A stretch of 42,519 nucleotides of DNA from Ministeria vibrans ATCC 50519 (lineage: Eukaryota; Protista; Filasterea): assembly GCA_943704425.1 (NCBI GenBank), contig CALSCP010001837.1, positions 1-42,519 of the forward strand, written 5' to 3'. Below are positions 37,824-42,519 of the stretch, piece after piece; position 1 is the first letter of the stretch; each line of letters begins with the position of its first letter. Under the pieces are notes generated by a model that saw only the letters and a program-made list of their open reading frames with translations, searched no databases and was not told the DNA's origin. The translations under genes were made by a program, and so were the position numbers.

Positions 37824-40800
37824 TTTTTTTTGTCTCACGTACAAAAACAAACTTCTTCTCTTGACTGTTTTTTCTTTTTTCCTCTTTTTCCCTCCCTCTC
37901 TGTAGCTATTGGGGTCACACTCAACACCCCACTCCAAAATTCTCACTCTACCTTGAAACATTCTCATTGGGCACGGCAAAAGTGACCAAGCCCCGCGGAT
38001 TACGCAAGGTATTCCACAGAGACACACTCAATGCGACACAAACATTCACACAATAATAATATTAATATTAATTATTTTTGATGTTCTTCACCCGCTCCTC
38101 TTCTCAGATCGTCGTTCAGGATCTGTTCAGCTCGTTGCGCCTCATCAACTACTTTACTGACGAATACTACCGCGAGGAGAACACACTTACCATTTACACT
38201 TGTGTTGACGAAGGGGATGCGCAGCGCAACATCATCACTTATCAAGCAGAGTCAGTTCTTGTGTTTGTGTGTGTGTGTCTTGTCATTTTTTTCAACTTTG
38301 TTTTCACCCCTTTTCTACAGCCAAGCGAGAGCCGTTGTGGCGCGAAACGAACCGGTGCGAGAGACACCCGTCACTGCGTTCGATCTGGGAGTGTACATCG
38401 ACCGCAAAACTGGAGGGGGTCGCTTATTGAACAGCGCTTCGCCTCAGCGCAATATTTCTCACGAGTCGTCTCACCACAGCGGTCTCCCGCCTCGTCAGGC
38501 TGCTACGAAATGCCGTAAACGTTTTATTGAGCCGTCTCCGTCGCTTTCGTTGTCAGAACGCGGCTCCTCTGTTGAATCCGCGTCAAACTTCCAATACACG
38601 CGTCCGTCACACGCGGTGGCTACTGTTACCACCACTACTGCGACCTCCGACTCCCGTACCCCCTCTCGTTGCCGTTCTGGTTCTCAAGAGGAGTTGCGTC
38701 AGCAGCAGCAGCAGCAACGACAACATCCATCGCGTATGACAAACACGCGCCAATCTCTCTCACCCAGCGAACTCGACGAGCAACACATCGTTCAAGAGCG
38801 AATCCAGGCAGTATACTACCGATCTCTCCTACACCAACTTGCGGCCCCGCCCCTAAGTACGCCCTCCGCAGCCGCATCTGCCTCCGCGTCGGCTACCTTG
38901 CCCACTGCACGCGCCGGCAACCACATCGAGTATCCTGTCGAGTTCCCCAGCGACTGTGAGCCCAATCTCCTTGCCATGATTGGCACCGACAAGAGCTTTC
39001 CCACGATCATCCCAGGCACCCAGCCCTTTCTCACTCCATCCCATCCACTATCACATCCGCAACAACAACAACAACAACAACAACAGCAAGCTTCTTCACC
39101 TCACACCGTACCCATCACCACGGCTATTCCTCCGTCTCGCACCAAAAAGACCAAGAACGATCACAACGATGCCAATCGTCAACCCACCACTGCACTCTTA
39201 CAGGTTCGTCGCAACTGCATTGGCAATGCTCTTACTCACTCACCAAAACACTCCTTTGTCTTCTTCTTTCTTCTTTTTAAGGCTGAGCGTAATCCTTCCA
39301 ACGAGAATCATACAATGGAAAAGACCCTCACAACAGACGACATACTCCGTCTTCAGTCCTCCGTACACACATCTTTTGCGAGTTCCTATACCACGTTCAT
39401 CACGACTCACTCTCTTTCTCTTTCTCGTCAGGACTGTCGTGTGCCTATGAAACGTGTACGCTCCAAATCCGACGGAGCCGAGACAATGGTAAACCCAGTT
39501 TTGAAATTTGTCTTCGTCCGTGCTCACACATACACAAACACACACGTTTCTTCAGCCTCGTGTGTCTCCAACTGTGCCTCGCAATGGATCTGGCTCCAAC
39601 AGATCCTACACCATGGAAGATGCGCAGGAGCGCGATCGTGCCTTCATGTATCAATTGCAGGCGTTTTCCCCCGAAGGTTACTTTCTCCGCTCTCGTCACA
39701 CTTCGTCTCCTCAATCTTCTTTTTTTTTCTTCTTTTCTACATTTTTAGAACGACATGTTTTGTTCCAGTACCTTACAGCTCGTATGTCAACCAAACTTAA
39801 TCCTTTCATCGCGTTTTCCTCCATCTCACGTACTTTATATTGCGAAATGACTTGTGTAGAAAATGCCGAGTTTGTGCACGACATGATGTTCCCGGAAGAT
39901 TGCAGTGATGGCGACGACGAGTCAGTGCAGTCAAGCTCGCCACCACTGCCACCACCCATTGTGCATGCACACCTTCAAAGAACTCTTCAGGAGCAGCTGC
40001 ACCAGCCGTCGCCTCCTCCCCAACCCATTCAGTCGCTCAAGTCCCTAGAAATGTCCCAGAGTGCTCCTTCAACGGCCCAGCCCATGCAACTCCAACGTGA
40101 CTCAGCGTCGCCCGGCGTTCCAGTCAGCCCTCCTTCACACAATGGTATGTCCACTACCGACACCGGCGCCGATAATCCTACCACCACCACCACAACGACC
40201 ACAACAACATCGACAACAGCTCCTGTCGCTTCAGCATCGCCTACGACCAGTACCACCTCGACACCCATTTATCCAGAAATGCAGCGAGTCCGTCCTGTTC
40301 GATCTGTCTCCTACTCCTCGCAGGGTGTCCCTGCCGGTACCACTCGTGTCCCTCCGCCGTCTACGGCCGGTACCACTCGTGTCCCTCCGCCGTCTACGGC
40401 CGGTACCACTCGTGTCCCTCCGCCGTCTACGGGCTACTCGTTCAAACACAGTGCCCTGCAAACGCCCTCCGTCGCTCCCAGCTTGCCTGTCCAACTTAAG
40501 ACGGACATTTTCAACTCAATATTGGCCCAACTGGACAGCCCAGCTTCATCTCCTGCAACCGCTTCTCCCTCTGTCGCTCCTGGGTTCTCTCAACAATCGC
40601 CTTTAAATTCATTTTCCAGTACTAAATATCATCGTGTGTCATTTACATTTCTGATTCTGCTTTTCTGAAATTCTGTAGATTTGCGCGCAACTCAGTCACA
40701 ACCTCATTTTGACATGAGCGTCTCCAACCTGCGCTCGGGCGTGTCGTCTCTGTCCGTCCACAGCCCTCAACCCTCCGACGCATATGTCTCGCCGCTTATC

Positions 40801-41025
40801 ATTGGCCCCACCACACGAACGCCTCCCTCCTCCCTCAGCACACACACGTCCTCTCCCACTGCCACGACGTGTATCCCTCCCCCGCGGACACAGGAAACGC
40901 GTTCGCCCAGCCATGGCATTCACACTCTCTCCGGTTCGCGTCACTCCCAATCCCCCACATTTATGTCACGTCACAGCAGCCCCAGTTCCAGCGCAAGTTC
41001 GCCGATTGTCAGTGTTGCCGAGTAA
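36802..41025 (+). CDS. WOPR (Gti1/Pac2, Wor1-like) transcription factor, 12 exons, about 903 aa, with a long Q/S/P/T-rich tail
   Basis: Exons 36802-36854, 36913-37014, 37117-37146, 37906-38008, 38108-38250, 38321-39203, 39282-39362, 39432-39488, 39556-39676, 39749-39781, 39860-40618, 40679-41025. All junctions are GT-AG and phase-consistent. N-terminus: MPHLSFKGFVATVERAQDIFEAARTGRCLIFHERPPLADVAPGWGFVFDNERSGIKRWTDSRYWGHTQHPTPKFSLYLETFSLGTAKVTKPRGLRKIVVQDLFSSLRLINYF. The 3' exon boundaries are less certain. Confidence 0.85.
40333..40431 (+). repeat. Perfect 33-nt coding tandem repeat x3 (AGTTRVPPPST)
   Basis: GCCGGTACCACTCGTGTCCCTCCGCCGTCTACG repeated three times without mismatch. Confidence 0.97.
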
Positions 41026-41275
41026 CTAAGTAAACAAACAACGGAAACGAATATACAATTTTAACGTAATTATTATAATAATAATAATAATTATTATTAT
41101 TATTATTATTATTATTATAATATTTAAGTGCCTTTCAGCATCGCGTTTCAGCAACGCCGGCGCGGTCATAGAAAAAGGGCACCGCAAGACGAGTCCAAGT
41201 CTCATCGCAAAATAAACAAACTGATTGAAACGGGAAACAGAATTTTTACTTTTAAATAAACTAGCCGATCTTGCA

Positions 41276-42519
41276 ATGCTCTACGCAAGACTTCCGCCTT
41301 TTTCTTTGTTTATTGGGAGGGGCTTTCGGCGAGCGATCGCCACCCCAGCACGTTCCAAAATTGAGAAAATCGCTGCGATCACTCAAGCACCAGTCTTCCC
41401 ACTCACCGCCGTTCAAGTGCTGGAAACTCCCGAGGAGTTCTTCCAAACGATCCTCGTTCGACAAGCCACGCCTCTCGCCCTCAAGCGGCTTCTTCTCACG
41501 CGCTTTTTTTGCAGTCTGAAACGCGCAAAGCTTCGCAACGCATTTCGATTGCGTCGCTCTACCTCGAGACACAACGCACTGAATTGGTACTAGAGGGGTC
41601 TCCACGACTACGCACACACACACATGCATACATCCATCCATACATACATACATACACACGCACACACACGTTGACCGCATCTTCTTCTCGTGCTTCTCCG
41701 TCTGTCCGTTCAGGTGCACGAACTTGATCAGGCTGCAAAGCGAAATGCTTCCACCGACTTTCGCATCAAGTCAGATGCACCTCCAACAATAACTATTATA
41801 TGATTATCATGTGTGTCTGACCGTCTTCTCTTTCTTTTTGCTTTCAGAATCTTACTTGATCGAGTGCGTGCCCAGCGTGGTAAAACCAACTCGTGCACAC
41901 AACTCCAGCCGTTGCTCGAGCAGCACCCTCAGACACAGCTGTTTCTATTTCACTCGCCGCTTCTGCGCGGTCTGCGACTGCGCTTTGTTCCACCACCGTT
42001 CAACGAGACGTTTGGTGTGATGCACATTAAGGCACTTGTCTTTGACAACAACGTCATTCTCACTGGGTCAGCCACATATTGACTTTTGTGTGAATTTGTG
42101 AAGGCGGTTTGTACTGAATGTGCCTGCCATTTGCACAGGGCAAACCTGAGTGACTCGTACTTTTCCGACCGACAAGACCGTTACATGGTATTGCGCGACT
42201 GTCCTGAACTTGCCGATTATCTCGACAGCCTTATACAGACCATCGGCAGCTTTTCCTTCTCCCTCAAGGTGAGTGCACTCGTGTATACGTACGTACTGTC
42301 GGAGCAGCGTTGGTACAAACTGTTATTTTTTTTTTAGGCGGACGGCACTTTGTGTGCACCTCACGACTCCCCACATCCCTTCAATGCACCCCTTGACGAA
42401 TTTTGCGATCATGCGCGTTCTCAGCTGCGGTCTCTGCATGCACACTGGCGCGCCACGTTACCCAGCTCGCACAACTCCCACACTCTGATTGCACCTTTTG
42501 CTCAGGTGCCCCCCCCCCC
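41276..42519 (+). CDS. PGS1: Mitochondrial phosphatidylglycerophosphate synthase (PLD family), 5' part only
   Basis: Arg-rich presequence. Motifs VLETPEEFFQTIL, ASQRISIASLYL, ILLDRVRAQRG, LFHSPLLRG..PPFNETFGVMHIKALVFDNNVILTG|ANLSDSYFSDRQDRY and LADYL. The gene runs off the window end. Confidence 0.93.

Noticed and set aside
40333-40431. 33-nt direct repeats as a CRISPR array
   Set aside because: There are no spacers. It is an in-frame tandem repeat inside a eukaryotic exon, and no cas genes are present.

Overview
A gene-dense, intron-containing eukaryotic genome window. It is most likely from a unicellular opisthokont or relative; the exact lineage cannot be fixed from this sequence alone. 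Manual splicing of GT-AG introns gives 16 protein-coding genes packed with very short spacers: NBR1-like autophagy receptor, PTS, NDUFB8, RRP6/EXOSC10, ER-type GPx7-like peroxidase, a phage (T4-like) type ATP-dependent DNA ligase, a multidomain chromatin protein (AT-hook, Tudor-knot, ankyrin, KHA-like, HA), PRMT5, a secreted bacterial-like helical-barrel protein, PPP5, an ATP10-like P4-ATPase, an acylated F-box protein fused to a talin F2-F3 head, an SLC35A sugar-nucleotide transporter, cohesin STAG/Scc3, a WOPR (Gti1/Pac2) transcription factor, and PGS1 (cut off by the window end). The WOPR DNA-binding domain is split over five short exons and is not recognisable from the ORF track. Introns are filled with microsatellites and a strand-biased dispersed minisatellite. 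There are three N gaps. The most notable observations are the hidden WOPR factor with a structured long intron, the F-box/talin-head fusion, the intron-containing phage-type ligase and the unusual chromatin-reader architecture. All family assignments come from motif recognition by eye; no searches were run.
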